This document shows, in pieces, positions 29,525-39,751 of a stretch of DNA of 51,348 nucleotides. The position numbers and the translations under genes were made by a program. Position 1 is the stretch's first letter, and every line of letters begins with the position of its first letter. Source of the stretch: Promethearchaeota archaeon. GTDB taxonomy: Archaea > Asgardarchaeota > Lokiarchaeia > Sigyniarchaeales > SOKP01. The stretch is taken from contig JBHLNS010000019.1 of the NCBI GenBank assembly GCA_048941285.1, forward strand, positions 1-51,348. Reading direction: 5' to 3'. Below the pieces are notes generated by a model. It was given only the letters and a program-made list of their open reading frames with translations. It ran no database searches and had not been told where the DNA came from.

Positions 29525-32380
29525 ATGGAGGAAATAGACCCTAGAAAACTTACTCCTATGTTGAAGCATTGGTATTCGATTCGCAAAAGGTTTCCTTCAG
29601 AGTTCCTTATTTCATATCGTATGGGGGATTTTTACGAGTTCTTTTTTAATGACGCCGAAAGAATTTCAAAACTTTTAGGAATTACATTAACAAAAAGAGG
29701 TGATGTTCCGTTAGCAGGAATTCCACATCACTCTGGTCATAATTATTTTAATAATCTTATGAATCTTAATCAAACAGTAGTTATAGTAGATCAACTAGAA
29801 GATCCCGCAACAGTTAAGGGAAGAATTGTCAAGCGAGGAGTAACACGGATACTTTCTCCAGGTACAATTATAGAGCCAAACCTATTAAAATCTAATGAAA
29901 ATAATTATATAGCCTCCATGGTGAAAGAAAGAAATGGATATGGTGTTGCTTTTGCAGATATATCTACCGGAGATTTTGTAGCGACTGAATTCTCCAACAA
30001 AGAACAAGATCCACAAGAAAAATTGCTTAGCTTATTTTCTCAATATGATCCAGTAGAATTGATTCTTTCTCCTGAATTAAAAAAAGATGAACGTCTTTTT
30101 ATAATTTTAACGGATTTAACAAGAGCGATCATTAAGGAGTATGAAGAGAATGTTTTTCTATTCGAAGAAGCTCACTCAATAATTATACGTCATTTCAAAA
30201 TTTCTAATTTAAAAAGTTTTGGTTTAGAACAAAAAGAAATGGCAGTTCAAGCAGCTGGTGGCCTTTTAGCATTTTTAAAAGATAGCCAACGAGATGTCGT
30301 TCCAAATATTTTTAAAATTAATGTAATCCACGAGAAAAATGTATTACATTTAGATTATATCACCCAAAGAAATTTAGAATTAATTAATTCTCTGTGGGAA
30401 AGAGGGAAGGATGCTACACTATATTCTGTTTTTAACAGTACCCAAACACCAATGGGAGCTCGTTTACTGAAAAAATTTATTCTCCAACCCCTAACTGATG
30501 TTGAAGCAATAAATCAGAGACTTAATATAATTCAAAAATTTAAAGATGACATCTTTTTAAGATCTGATTTAAGGGAAGAGTTAGGAATCCTCGGTGATCT
30601 CGAAAGGTTTATTAATAGAATCAATTATGTAGGTCGTACTAATGCTCGAGATCTAATAAACATTAAAAACTCTTTAGAAAAAGTCCCAATAATTAAAAAA
30701 TTATTAGAAAAGGCAGACATTCCCGAAATTTCAAGTTTTCTTGAAAATATTAAAACTTTCGATGAAATTAAAAATTTGATTAACATTTCAATTAAAGACA
30801 ACCCTCCAACCACTATTAGAGAAGGAAATATTATTAAAGATGGCTTTAACAATGAAGTTGATGAACTTAGAGATATAATCCATAACGGAAGGAAATATGT
30901 GCTTGAGTATGAAAAAGAACAAAAGAATAAATGGAACTTAACAACAGGCTTAAAGGTTGGATATAATAATATCCTAGGGTATTATATCGAAATTACCTTA
31001 AAAACGCTCGCAATTATTCGAAATCTTCCTGAAGAATATGTCGAAAGAGCAACACTAAAAAATGCTAAGAGATATACAACTAAAAAATTAAAAGAACTTG
31101 AAGAAAAAATTGTTAATGCAGAAGATAAAATTAATGATTTGGAATATGAAATCTTCAATACTATTAGAGAAATGGTTGAAAAAGAAACAAAAAGTATTCT
31201 TGAGACTGCACAAAATATCGCAATCATTGATGTACTTGCCTGTTTTGCTGAAATTGCAGAGAAATACAATTATTGTCGTCCTAAGATAAATAATGAAAAC
31301 AAAATTAAAATTAAAGATGGTAGACATCCAGTCGTAGAGCAAATAAATTTGGATGAACAATTTATACCTAATGATTGCTACTTAGATAATGAAAATGACC
31401 AATTACTAATTATTACTGGCCCAAATATGGCAGGTAAAAGTACATATCTTAGGCAAGTGGCATTAATATGTATAATTGCACAAATGGGATGTTTTGTTCC
31501 AGCAAAATCAGCCACAATTGGAATAATTGATCAAATTTTCACACGAATAGGTGCTTCTGATGATCTTGCCAGAAAATTAAGTACATTTATGATTGAAATG
31601 ACAGAGACGGCAAAAATACTTAATTATGCTACCCGTAAGAGTCTTATAATAATAGATGAGCTAGGGAGAGGAACGAGTACTAGTGATGGTCAAAGTATAG
31701 CAATGGCGACTCTTGAAAAATTGCATGAATTAAAAGTAAAGACTTTATTCAGCACCCATTATCATCAATTAACAGAAATTAATTTACCAGGCGTTAAAAA
31801 TTATCATTTAGATATCATTGAAAATGATGATGGGAGCATTAATTTCGTCAGAACATTGAGACAAGGGAGTACAGATAAATCCTATGGTATCCATGTTGCA
31901 AAATTAGCAGGTATTCCAGATGATGTGATAATAAGAGCATTTCAGATTCTTGAACAAATAGAAGAAAAAGACCCTTTTAGAACAACAGTAAGAGAAAATG
32001 GAGAAACAACATCTTCAAGTAAGTACTATGATAAAATTATTCATGAAAAAAAGGTTGAACTTGAAAAATTAAACTCTGAACTAAAAAATGTTAAAGAACA
32101 ATTGAGCCAATGCAACGACAATCTAAGTAGAACAGAAAAAAAACTTGGAAAAAAAATGGAAGAAATTAATAAACTAGATGTAGATCTTGGAAAGAAAAAT
32201 GTCAAAATCCCCAAAAAGAAAAAATATGTTCAAACTAGTTTATTTGAACATACTACCAATAAAGAAAAATTAGGAGATTTACTTAATTTAATTAATAAAA
32301 TTGAATTAAAATCAGATACTCCGGAAAATATAAAGGAGCAATTATCTGAAATAAAGAAGAAAATAGAGAAACTCAACTAG
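29525..32380 (+). CDS. mutS: DNA mismatch repair protein MutS (MutS1 type)
   Basis: LTPM, GDFYEFF, GRHPVVE, TGPNMAGKSTYLRQ, STFMIEM, DELGRGT, STHYH, SYGIHVAKLAG. Confidence 0.97.
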   Translation: MEEIDPRKLTPMLKHWYSIRKRFPSEFLISYRMGDFYEFFFNDAERISKLLGITLTKRGDVPLAGIPHHSGHNYFNNLMNLNQTVVIVDQLEDPATVKGRIVKRGVTRILSPGTIIEPNLLKSNENNYIASMVKERNGYGVAFADISTGDFVATEFSNKEQDPQEKLLSLFSQYDPVELILSPELKKDERLFIILTDLTRAIIKEYEENVFLFEEAHSIIIRHFKISNLKSFGLEQKEMAVQAAGGLLAFLKDSQRDVVPNIFKINVIHEKNVLHLDYITQRNLELINSLWERGKDATLYSVFNSTQTPMGARLLKKFILQPLTDVEAINQRLNIIQKFKDDIFLRSDLREELGILGDLERFINRINYVGRTNARDLINIKNSLEKVPIIKKLLEKADIPEISSFLENIKTFDEIKNLINISIKDNPPTTIREGNIIKDGFNNEVDELRDIIHNGRKYVLEYEKEQKNKWNLTTGLKVGYNNILGYYIEITLKTLAIIRNLPEEYVERATLKNAKRYTTKKLKELEEKIVNAEDKINDLEYEIFNTIREMVEKETKSILETAQNIAIIDVLACFAEIAEKYNYCRPKINNENKIKIKDGRHPVVEQINLDEQFIPNDCYLDNENDQLLIITGPNMAGKSTYLRQVALICIIAQMGCFVPAKSATIGIIDQIFTRIGASDDLARKLSTFMIEMTETAKILNYATRKSLIIIDELGRGTSTSDGQSIAMATLEKLHELKVKTLFSTHYHQLTEINLPGVKNYHLDIIENDDGSINFVRTLRQGSTDKSYGIHVAKLAGIPDDVIIRAFQILEQIEEKDPFRTTVRENGETTSSSKYYDKIIHEKKVELEKLNSELKNVKEQLSQCNDNLSRTEKKLGKKMEEINKLDVDLGKKNVKIPKKKKYVQTSLFEHTTNKEKLGDLLNLINKIELKSDTPENIKEQLSEIKKKIEKLN

Positions 32381-33300
32381 CCAAGAACGACAGGAATAAT
32401 AAAAACTATGGTAGTCAAATAAATATAATATACTGTTATTATTGAGACAAGGATAATTCGGTATATATTTCTTCTATCCTCATTTTTTATATTCTCTAAA
32501 AATATAATCAAAAGCAAACCAATGAACATTAAATGTGAGGGTTGTAAAGCTTTCCACATAATTGAATCAAATATTAAAATTCCTTGAATCCCTGAATCAC
32601 CATGAAGCCAATTACTAAACATTTGTAAGAAATAAGGAGGAAAAACTATATAGGGAATACAAATTATTGCAAAAGGAACTAAATAATAGATAAGATCTTT
32701 CCATTTTATTCTTTTAACAACAAGTAAAACTGGAAGAAACAATAATGCAGTTATTTTAAACGTAGAAAGAGTGAATAATATCCCAGAAATCCATTTTTTA
32801 TCTTTTTCTAAAAATACAAATGAATAAAATAAAAAAAATAAGATTAAAGAATTGACATTATTATAATACGCGTCAATACTATAGCCGATAATACTCAAAA
32901 TATAAAAAATTAGTAAATCTTTTCTATTTTTAAATATTTTGGGTGACTCTCTGATAACCAGAATAGTTAATATTAATCGTACAATATCCCATATATAAAC
33001 TCCTATTAAAGGGGGGATTATATATATAGGAAAAAATATAAAATACCAAAAATAAAGATAATATGGTGGCCAATCCGATATAGCAATAGGATCATAGAAA
33101 TTAATCAAACCATTATTCATTCCTTCAATCAGTATATTAAAATCAACATCCTTAGTTTCTTGAATCCACTCAGAAATTTCAAAAAAATAAAGTAGGACTC
33201 TTAAGATGATAAGAGTAATAGTAATAATTATGAATAAATATATAAAATAAACAGGAACCGAAGATTTTTCCTCTTGCTTAGAACTATTTTGAATACTCAT
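32377..33300 (-). CDS. GT-C fold membrane glycosyltransferase-like protein (GT87/DUF2029-like)
   Basis: Multi-TM; DF motif after the first helix, YYLYFW...FFP, NVN, GILFTLSTFK. Confidence 0.6.
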   Translation of the reverse strand: MSIQNSSKQEEKSSVPVYFIYLFIIITITLIILRVLLYFFEISEWIQETKDVDFNILIEGMNNGLINFYDPIAISDWPPYYLYFWYFIFFPIYIIPPLIGVYIWDIVRLILTILVIRESPKIFKNRKDLLIFYILSIIGYSIDAYYNNVNSLILFFLFYSFVFLEKDKKWISGILFTLSTFKITALLFLPVLLVVKRIKWKDLIYYLVPFAIICIPYIVFPPYFLQMFSNWLHGDSGIQGILIFDSIMWKALQPSHLMFIGLLLIIFLENIKNEDRRNIYRIILVSIITVYYIYLTTIVFIIPVVLG

Positions 33301-33506
33301 AATTTGGTCTCGATAAAATTATATTAAAGTATTAAAAGAAATTTAAAAGACTTACCTTCAAGTTATTGGTTGTTTAGAAAAATCTCGATCTATTTTTATT
33401 TAAACTTTAATAGTGTACTATTTTAAATTTGATTGTAATGAGAAATATATTAGCTTAAGAATCTTATTTTATCAATGAAAAAAATTCTGAAAAATATTAG
33501 AAAATT

Positions 33507-35372
33507 TTGAAAATACCTAAAATTGAAAAAATTATAGATGCAGAGAAAATTGCAGCGGGAGAAGTAGTTGATAGACCTGCAAACATCGTGAAAGAACTTA
33601 TAGAGAATAGTATTGATGCACAAGCAACAGAAATAAGAGTTATAGTAAAGAGGGCAGGAAAATCTTTAATCCAAGTAATAGATGACGGTACTGGGATTCC
33701 CTCTGAAGATATTGAAAAGGCTTTTGAGAGACATACAAGTAGTAAAATTAGGAGTATTAAAGATTTAGAACATCTTTCTACCTTAGGATTTAGAGGAGAA
33801 GCTCTCGCTAGTATTGCAGCAGTAAGTAAAGTTGAAATAATCTCTCGAATAGAGTCTGAAGAGAAAGGAGTGCAATTACATATTCAAGGCGGTAAAATTG
33901 TAGATAAGAAATTAATTTCATGCCCAATAGGAACAAAAATTCATGTAAACAATCTTTTTTATAACCTTCCAGCAAGACAAAAATTTCTTAAAACCGATGC
34001 AACTGAGTTGAGTCATATTACAGATATTCTCCAGAGATATGCTTTAGCCTACCCAGAACTTCATTTTGTTTATCGTCATAATGATTTAGACATACTCAAC
34101 TGTCCTGCATCAAATGATTTAAAAACAACAGTATTTCACATCTATGGAAAAAAAGTAGCTAAATTCATGGACCCATTCAACTACACAGATAAAGATGTTA
34201 AATTTCATATTTATGGTTTGTTAGGACATCCTCAAATTGCTAAAAAAAACAGGTCCTACTCAAGTTTATTCATAAATCGGCGCTATATCATTAGCGATAT
34301 ATTATTTAGAGCTATTAATGAAGCATATGAAGGAACGTTAATGGTGAGTAAATATCCTTTTTTTATTATTTTTCTTCAGTTAGATCCTTCTGTGATTGAT
34401 TTCAATGTTCATCCGAAGAAACTTGAGGTGAGATTCGAAAGAGAAGAAGCTATATATAATAAAGTCTATAATGTTATCAAGAGTTTTGTAGAAGACAAGT
34501 TTATTATCAAGGAGGCAAAATACTTAGCCACTGAATTAGAGGTTTTTATTCCAAAACAAGAAAAATTAACAGAAACAATTATAAAACCAATAAAAGAAAT
34601 CCATGTAAAAGATCTTGAAAATGACAAAACCCTTCAAATTTCACCTTTTTTCCCTGAAGAGAGTGTTCAATTGAGCTTAGAAGATAACATAATTGAAGAT
34701 AAAAAAGAGAAAATATATTCTTCTGAAGCTTTTTTAAGAAAAAAGTTTATAGTTGCTGAGAACTTTCCTAAATTGCGATTTATTTCTCATACTGGACAGT
34801 TAAGCAATAAAGTTTACGTTGTGTTAGAGGGAGTTAATGAAAATGGTGAAGAAGGATTATTTATTTTAGATCAGCACGCTGCCTCAGAACGAATAAATAA
34901 AGAAAAATTTCAAGAAGAATATGAAACTTCAAAAACGAGTAAACAAAAACTAATATCTCCATTAAAAATTGAAGTATCGCCGAGCGAGAAAATCTTTTTA
35001 GAGGATAATTTAAATGAAATCCAGAAATTGGGATTCAATTTTGAATATTTTGGGGGGAATAGTTTCATTTTAAGAGAAATTCCCGTGATAATGAGGAGAC
35101 TTCCAAATATAAATGTGATAAAAGAAATTGTGGGTGATATAACGGAAATCGGTAAGGATAAAAGCTTTGCAGAGGTTCAAGAAGAAATTATCAATTATTT
35201 ATCATGTCACAAAAGTATTAGAGGCGGTGATGATCTTTCATTGAAAGATATACGTGGATTATTGTTAAAATTAGCAGCATGTAAAGATTCTTTTCATTGT
35301 GCTCATGGAAGGCCAACAATGAGGTTTTTTTCTTTTAAAGAACTAGATAAACTTTTTAAAAGGATTATTTAA
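33507..35372 (+). CDS. mutL: DNA mismatch repair endonuclease MutL
   Basis: IAAGEVVDRP, KELIENSIDA, LGFRGEAL, DFNVHPKK, DQHAASERINKE, CAHGRP. Confidence 0.97.
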   Translation: MKIPKIEKIIDAEKIAAGEVVDRPANIVKELIENSIDAQATEIRVIVKRAGKSLIQVIDDGTGIPSEDIEKAFERHTSSKIRSIKDLEHLSTLGFRGEALASIAAVSKVEIISRIESEEKGVQLHIQGGKIVDKKLISCPIGTKIHVNNLFYNLPARQKFLKTDATELSHITDILQRYALAYPELHFVYRHNDLDILNCPASNDLKTTVFHIYGKKVAKFMDPFNYTDKDVKFHIYGLLGHPQIAKKNRSYSSLFINRRYIISDILFRAINEAYEGTLMVSKYPFFIIFLQLDPSVIDFNVHPKKLEVRFEREEAIYNKVYNVIKSFVEDKFIIKEAKYLATELEVFIPKQEKLTETIIKPIKEIHVKDLENDKTLQISPFFPEESVQLSLEDNIIEDKKEKIYSSEAFLRKKFIVAENFPKLRFISHTGQLSNKVYVVLEGVNENGEEGLFILDQHAASERINKEKFQEEYETSKTSKQKLISPLKIEVSPSEKIFLEDNLNEIQKLGFNFEYFGGNSFILREIPVIMRRLPNINVIKEIVGDITEIGKDKSFAEVQEEIINYLSCHKSIRGGDDLSLKDIRGLLLKLAACKDSFHCAHGRPTMRFFSFKELDKLFKRII

Positions 35373-35394
35373 AAATATACTTATATCCCACTGT

Positions 35395-35661
35395 TTATGC
35401 TTTTGAAAAAGCTATCCCTTCAATACCTTGTATCCCCTCAACTTGACTAAATAATTCTTCAAGCTTGTCAGTTCCACCCCATTCTTCGGGGTATCTTACT
35501 CGGACTCTTGCTTTTTTCAATCCGAAAGCAACTGGTAAAATATCATAATGCTCAATAACACAGATGTCAGGTAAGACGCTTTTTAATTTTTTGACAAATT
35601 CTTCAAAATTTACATCAGTGCTTTCAGGAACAACATCTATTAAGGCAACAAATTCTCCCAT
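35395..35661 (-). CDS. ef1b: archaeal elongation factor 1-beta
   Basis: PVAFGLK, GGTDKLEE, VEGI; downstream of the Zn-ribbon gene as in many archaea. Confidence 0.92.
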   Translation of the reverse strand: MGEFVALIDVVPESTDVNFEEFVKKLKSVLPDICVIEHYDILPVAFGLKKARVRVRYPEEWGGTDKLEELFSQVEGIQGIEGIAFSKA

Positions 35662-35686
35662 TATAAATTCACTTCAAATATTATTC

Positions 35687-35869
35687 TTATGGCCCAGAAA
35701 AGTCACATTTCAAACAACGATACTCTTTTCCCATTTCTCTACAGCGTTCACATCTCCAAATAGTCACATCTCCGCATGAGGGACAGGGAAAATGAACTGC
35801 TGCTTCATAAGGAGTTATTGGTCTGCCACAACCAAAACACACGTTTCGTTTGTACGTTGACATTGACAT
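35687..35869 (-). CDS. HVO_2753/DUF1610-like double Zn-ribbon protein
   Basis: CFGCG...FPCPSCG...IWRCERCR...YRCLKCDFSGP. Confidence 0.9.
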   Translation of the reverse strand: MSMSTYKRNVCFGCGRPITPYEAAVHFPCPSCGDVTIWRCERCREMGKEYRCLKCDFSGP

Positions 35870-36106
35870 ATCACAAATAAATCTTAAATTTGATTTAGAT
35901 TTAGGTAATTTTACATAATTTAAACTTAGATAATAGAATAAATTATAATTTTAATTATTTTTGGTTTTAAAATTACTCTTATTAGACCAAATATAAGTAG
36001 TTCTAATTAATTTAGTGGTTGATTTAAATTGATATATTCATTAAAGAACAAACTATTAAATTAAATTTTAAATTGATAAACACCTTAATTTGCATATAAC
36101 TATTTT

Positions 36107-36652
36107 TTGGAGAGAACTGAGTTGCCAGAAAATAAGGTAAAAAAATACTTTTCATTAATAGAAGCATGGGCATGGTGCGATATATGTGAGGATATGGTTG
36201 CATTAAGAGTCGATAAAAAAGAGATTATTGACGGATTAAAAATGGGTATTTACGCAAAAGAGTTTAAGCATTCCAACGATCACCCTGATCCAGAAGATCT
36301 AGATGATCGTTCTGGACAAGAGCACACAATTTATGTTTATATAAATGATAATTTTGATGTAACCGGAGTTAAATCCTTTTTTGGAGAATCGCCAACTACA
36401 GAAGAAATTGGTGCAGAAGCTATTCAAGAAGGAACAGAGGTTCGAATTCCTATTGTAGTAAAAGATGTTCCCCCAATGGCAGTGCAATTGGGAATGCTAA
36501 ATAAAGAACAGTTTAAAGTCTTAAAAGTATGTGATGGAATGAACACAATCGAACAAGTTGCGGCTATAGCACAAATAAGTGAGAACGAAATTGAACAAAT
36601 GATGGAAGAGCTTAGAAAAAAAGGATTGGTAAGAGTTATTAAAAGAGCTTAA
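36107..36652 (+). CDS. CxxC/His N-terminal domain plus C-terminal winged helix protein
   Basis: CDIC...H...EH; VLKVCDGMNTIEQVA...ELRKKGLV. Confidence 0.7.
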   Translation: MERTELPENKVKKYFSLIEAWAWCDICEDMVALRVDKKEIIDGLKMGIYAKEFKHSNDHPDPEDLDDRSGQEHTIYVYINDNFDVTGVKSFFGESPTTEEIGAEAIQEGTEVRIPIVVKDVPPMAVQLGMLNKEQFKVLKVCDGMNTIEQVAAIAQISENEIEQMMEELRKKGLVRVIKRA

Positions 36653-36700
36653 AAAAGATTTAATATATTTTAGATTACTTTTAAATAAAAATTTGTAAAT

Positions 36701-37240
36701 TTATTTGGGATAATCCACCATCCTTTTTGCAATAAATTTGAAAACTGTCTCTACATTCTCTCCTGTCTTAGAAGAGCACTCGAAATAACCTGATAAACCA
36801 TATTTATTCGATAATTCCATAGCTTCTTCGGTTTCTATAGATCTTTTGTCTTTAAGATCTATTTTTCCTCCAACCATTATTACAGGTATGGTTGCCTTAG
36901 ATTCAGATACAAAATATTCAAAAATAGAAAGCCAATCATCTATATCTCGTATAGTTGAATACCTAGTGGTGTCAAACATGAAAATACCTCCATCGGATCC
37001 TTTAGCAAAACTAGGTAATAGCACTCTGAAACGTTCTTCTCCCGCAAAATCCCATATTCGAAGTGTTATCTTTTTGTCATCAAGCTGCACTTTTTTGATG
37101 CTAAAATCTGCGCCGATTGTCATCTTTATATTTTTCTCAAATACCTTTGTAACAAATCTTCTTATTAACGTGGTTTTCCCAACACCACCTGCACCAAAAA
37201 TGCACAGTTTGAAAGCAAGCTTCTCTCCTATGTTTAACAC
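36701..37240 (-). CDS. Rab-like small GTPase
   Basis: GAGGVGKTT (G1), TIGADF, WDFAGEE (G3), GKID (G4 variant), ECSSK (G5). Confidence 0.95.
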   Translation of the reverse strand: MLNIGEKLAFKLCIFGAGGVGKTTLIRRFVTKVFEKNIKMTIGADFSIKKVQLDDKKITLRIWDFAGEERFRVLLPSFAKGSDGGIFMFDTTRYSTIRDIDDWLSIFEYFVSESKATIPVIMVGGKIDLKDKRSIETEEAMELSNKYGLSGYFECSSKTGENVETVFKFIAKRMVDYPK

Positions 37241-37471
37241 CTTCTATTAGATTAAAAAATTTTTTATTTTTAAATTATCTGTTAAAGGCTTAAAATACTT
37301 TTTTAAAATTGATTTAAGATGTATTAATTATGTTATTTATTTTTTATGTTCTTTATTGAAGTTTCACTGTTTCTGATTAATTTTATTAAAAATTGAATGA
37401 GTCTTATATTATAGAAATTTTAACTTTCAAAATTTAAAATCTTTAAGATTTAAAAAAAGCTTGAATATTCA

Positions 37472-37891
37472 TTACTTAATAATATCAGTTATAAAGCAAG
37501 TTTCAATAATCTTGATTCCGGTGATTTGCGATATTTTATCCTCAATCAAAGGATTGAATCTGTCAATTGAGTCAAGATCTACCTTAAGAAGTAAACCGCA
37601 ATCACCCGATAACCGCCATATATTAGAAATCTCTTTTATATTAGATAAATCTCTCAAAATTCGTTTAATATCCTTAAAATCAGGCTCAATTTTTATAGTA
37701 GCGTGAACTTTTTGTCCAGTGTCAATATCATAATCAATTGTGAATTTCTGTATAATCCCTTCTTCCGTCAATTTTTTTACTCTTCTTCTAACTGTTGCTT
37801 CTGTTTTATTTATTTTTTCAGAAATCTCATAGAATGACATTCTACTATTTTCTTTAAGCAAGTCTAATATTTTTTGATCAATTATATCCAT
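37472..37891 (-). CDS. Lrp/AsnC family transcriptional regulator
   Basis: Start reassigned to ATG 37891: MDIIDQKILDLLKENSRMSF...TVRRRVKKL..EGII, LSGD. Confidence 0.93.
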   Translation of the reverse strand: MDIIDQKILDLLKENSRMSFYEISEKINKTEATVRRRVKKLTEEGIIQKFTIDYDIDTGQKVHATIKIEPDFKDIKRILRDLSNIKEISNIWRLSGDCGLLLKVDLDSIDRFNPLIEDKISQITGIKIIETCFITDIIK

Positions 37892-38012
37892 AAATATGAA
37901 AATTTTATGTAATTTGAAAAAAATCTTTTCTTTACTAGTAAAATATGATGACTTCTTTATTAATCCGTATATTAAAAGTGTAGAAAATATTTCCTTCACT
38001 TAGGTAAAATAA

Positions 38013-38045
38013 ATTAGTGTGTTTTAAAGGTATTAGTGTCTTTTA
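38013..38045. promoter_or_regulatory. direct repeat ATTAGTGT(G/C)TTTTA in the divergent lrp/lpdA intergenic region
   Basis: 38013-38026 and 38032-38045 match at 13 of 14 nt. Confidence 0.35.
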
Positions 38046-38269
38046 TTGAATAAATTCACATTTTTCATAATGATATGTTAAAGATCTAATGAAATGATGT
38101 ACGTTTTACAATTATTTTCACGACTAATATCGATAAGATCATTATTTATTTTTTGAAAAATAATTAATATTTTGAAGATTTTTACTATCACAGAAGAATT
38201 TAAATTAAGTATTAACACCTTTAAATTTATTTTCGAGTTAAATTTGACAAATATGTTTATGATGAAAAA

Positions 38270-39751
38270 ATGAGTGAAAATCAATATGATTTAGCTATTA
38301 TTGGTGCTGGACCTGGTGGATACCATGCCGCTATTAGAGCAGCTCAGTATGGTGCAAGAGTGGCTTTGATAGAGAAAGATAAACTAGGAGGGACATGTCT
38401 TAATTGGGGCTGTATTCCTACTAAAGCATTATATGCATCTGCTCATTTAATTGAAAACATTGAAGAAGCTCATGATTTTGGCATCGAAATTTCTGATTAT
38501 AAAGTCTCATTTGCAAAAGCAGTGGAAAGAAAAAATAGAGTGGTTCAGGAATTAGTGGATGGTATTGAAGCTTTAGAGAGAAGTTGGAAAAATGATATAT
38601 ATAGAGGATTCGGGAAAATTGTTGGTGGAAATTCGGACACTGGTTTTAAGATCTCAATTACAGGTGAGAAGAGTTCCACGATTAATGCAAAAAGAGTGAT
38701 TATTGCTACTGGATCTTCGCCCGCAATGATCCCTGCTTTTAATATTGATCATGAACGAATTTTAACGAGTGATGATATCTTAGATCCTAATTTTAAGACG
38801 GTCCCAGAAAGATTATTAATTATAGGAGCGGGTGTCATTGGATGTGAATTCGCAAATATTTTTACGTATTTTGGTAGTAAAGTGACTATGTTAGAATATT
38901 TATCATCTCCCATTGCTACAGAAGAACCTATGATTGTTAAAGTTTTGCAAAAAAAATTTGAAGAAATTGGCATTGAGATTCACACATCAAAAAATGTTCT
39001 TTCTGTAGAAAATACGGGAAAATCTGTCAAAGTTACAACTTGCTCCGCTGATACTGTGCGAGATCAAATAGAAAGTGCCGAAAAGGATGTATTTGAAGGG
39101 GACTTTTGCTTAGTTTCAATTGGCCGGGCAAAAGAATCAAAAGGCATCGGTCTTGAAGATTTAGGTATAGAATCAGAAAGGGGGGCAATTAAAGTAAATT
39201 CGGATACCTTAGAAACTAAAGTTAAAGGAATTTATGCTATAGGTGATGTTACAGGGGGAATTATGCTCGCTCATGTTGCAAGCTACGAAGGGGATATTGC
39301 TGTGGCAAATGCATTAGCCAGTATTGGTGGTTTTCCTGTAGAAGAAATGAAACCAAATTATAACGTTGTACCAGCAACAATATTCACTTCTCCAAATATA
39401 GGTTCTGTTGGATATAGAAGGAATATTGCTAAAAATATGGGTTATGATGTCCTAATGGGACAGTTCCCATATCAATCACTTGGTAAAGCTAAGTGCATGG
39501 GAGAAGAAGAAGGTTTTATTATGGTTCTTGCAGATAAAAACACATATAAAATTCTCGGAGCATCTTGCATTGGAACTGAAGCCCCCGAACTTATAGCTGA
39601 AATTGCATTAGCAATGCAGCATGGATTAACAATCCATGATGTCGCAGAAACCATTCATAGTCATCCTACGATATCAGAAATGGTACTCGAAGGAGTTGAA
39701 GCTGTAGTAGGAAAATCTATTCATAAGAAAGGACGCCCTATTCATCATTAA
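38270..39751 (+). CDS. lpdA: dihydrolipoamide dehydrogenase
   Basis: GAGPGG, GGTCLNWGCIPTK, GAGVIGCE, AIGDV, HSHPTISE. Confidence 0.95.
   Translation: MSENQYDLAIIGAGPGGYHAAIRAAQYGARVALIEKDKLGGTCLNWGCIPTKALYASAHLIENIEEAHDFGIEISDYKVSFAKAVERKNRVVQELVDGIEALERSWKNDIYRGFGKIVGGNSDTGFKISITGEKSSTINAKRVIIATGSSPAMIPAFNIDHERILTSDDILDPNFKTVPERLLIIGAGVIGCEFANIFTYFGSKVTMLEYLSSPIATEEPMIVKVLQKKFEEIGIEIHTSKNVLSVENTGKSVKVTTCSADTVRDQIESAEKDVFEGDFCLVSIGRAKESKGIGLEDLGIESERGAIKVNSDTLETKVKGIYAIGDVTGGIMLAHVASYEGDIAVANALASIGGFPVEEMKPNYNVVPATIFTSPNIGSVGYRRNIAKNMGYDVLMGQFPYQSLGKAKCMGEEEGFIMVLADKNTYKILGASCIGTEAPELIAEIALAMQHGLTIHDVAETIHSHPTISEMVLEGVEAVVGKSIHKKGRPIHH
39707..39751 (+). repeat. lpdA 3' end, copy 1 of a 45-bp imperfect direct repeat
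   Basis: 39 of 45 nt identical to 40253-40297. Confidence 0.9.

Noticed and set aside
32377-32380. Overlapping TAG stops (CTAG) of mutS and the GT-C-like gene
   Set aside because: Common compact convergent overlap with no further signal.
38078-38284. 68-aa ORF upstream of lpdA, and the extended Lrp start at 37999
   Set aside because: Low-complexity promoter DNA; the Lrp fold begins at ATG 37891.
1577-39654. Antisense or alternate-frame ORFs in the track: 1577-1915, 5244-5480, 8732-9073, 14957-15199, 18982-19185, 20973-21251, 22209-22805, 24206-24682, 27951-28133, 30625-31360 set, 35564-35779, 36299-36487, 36846-37250, 37461-37706, 38749-38973, 39472-39654
   Set aside because: Each lies within or across a well-supported gene and shows shadow-ORF composition with no motifs.
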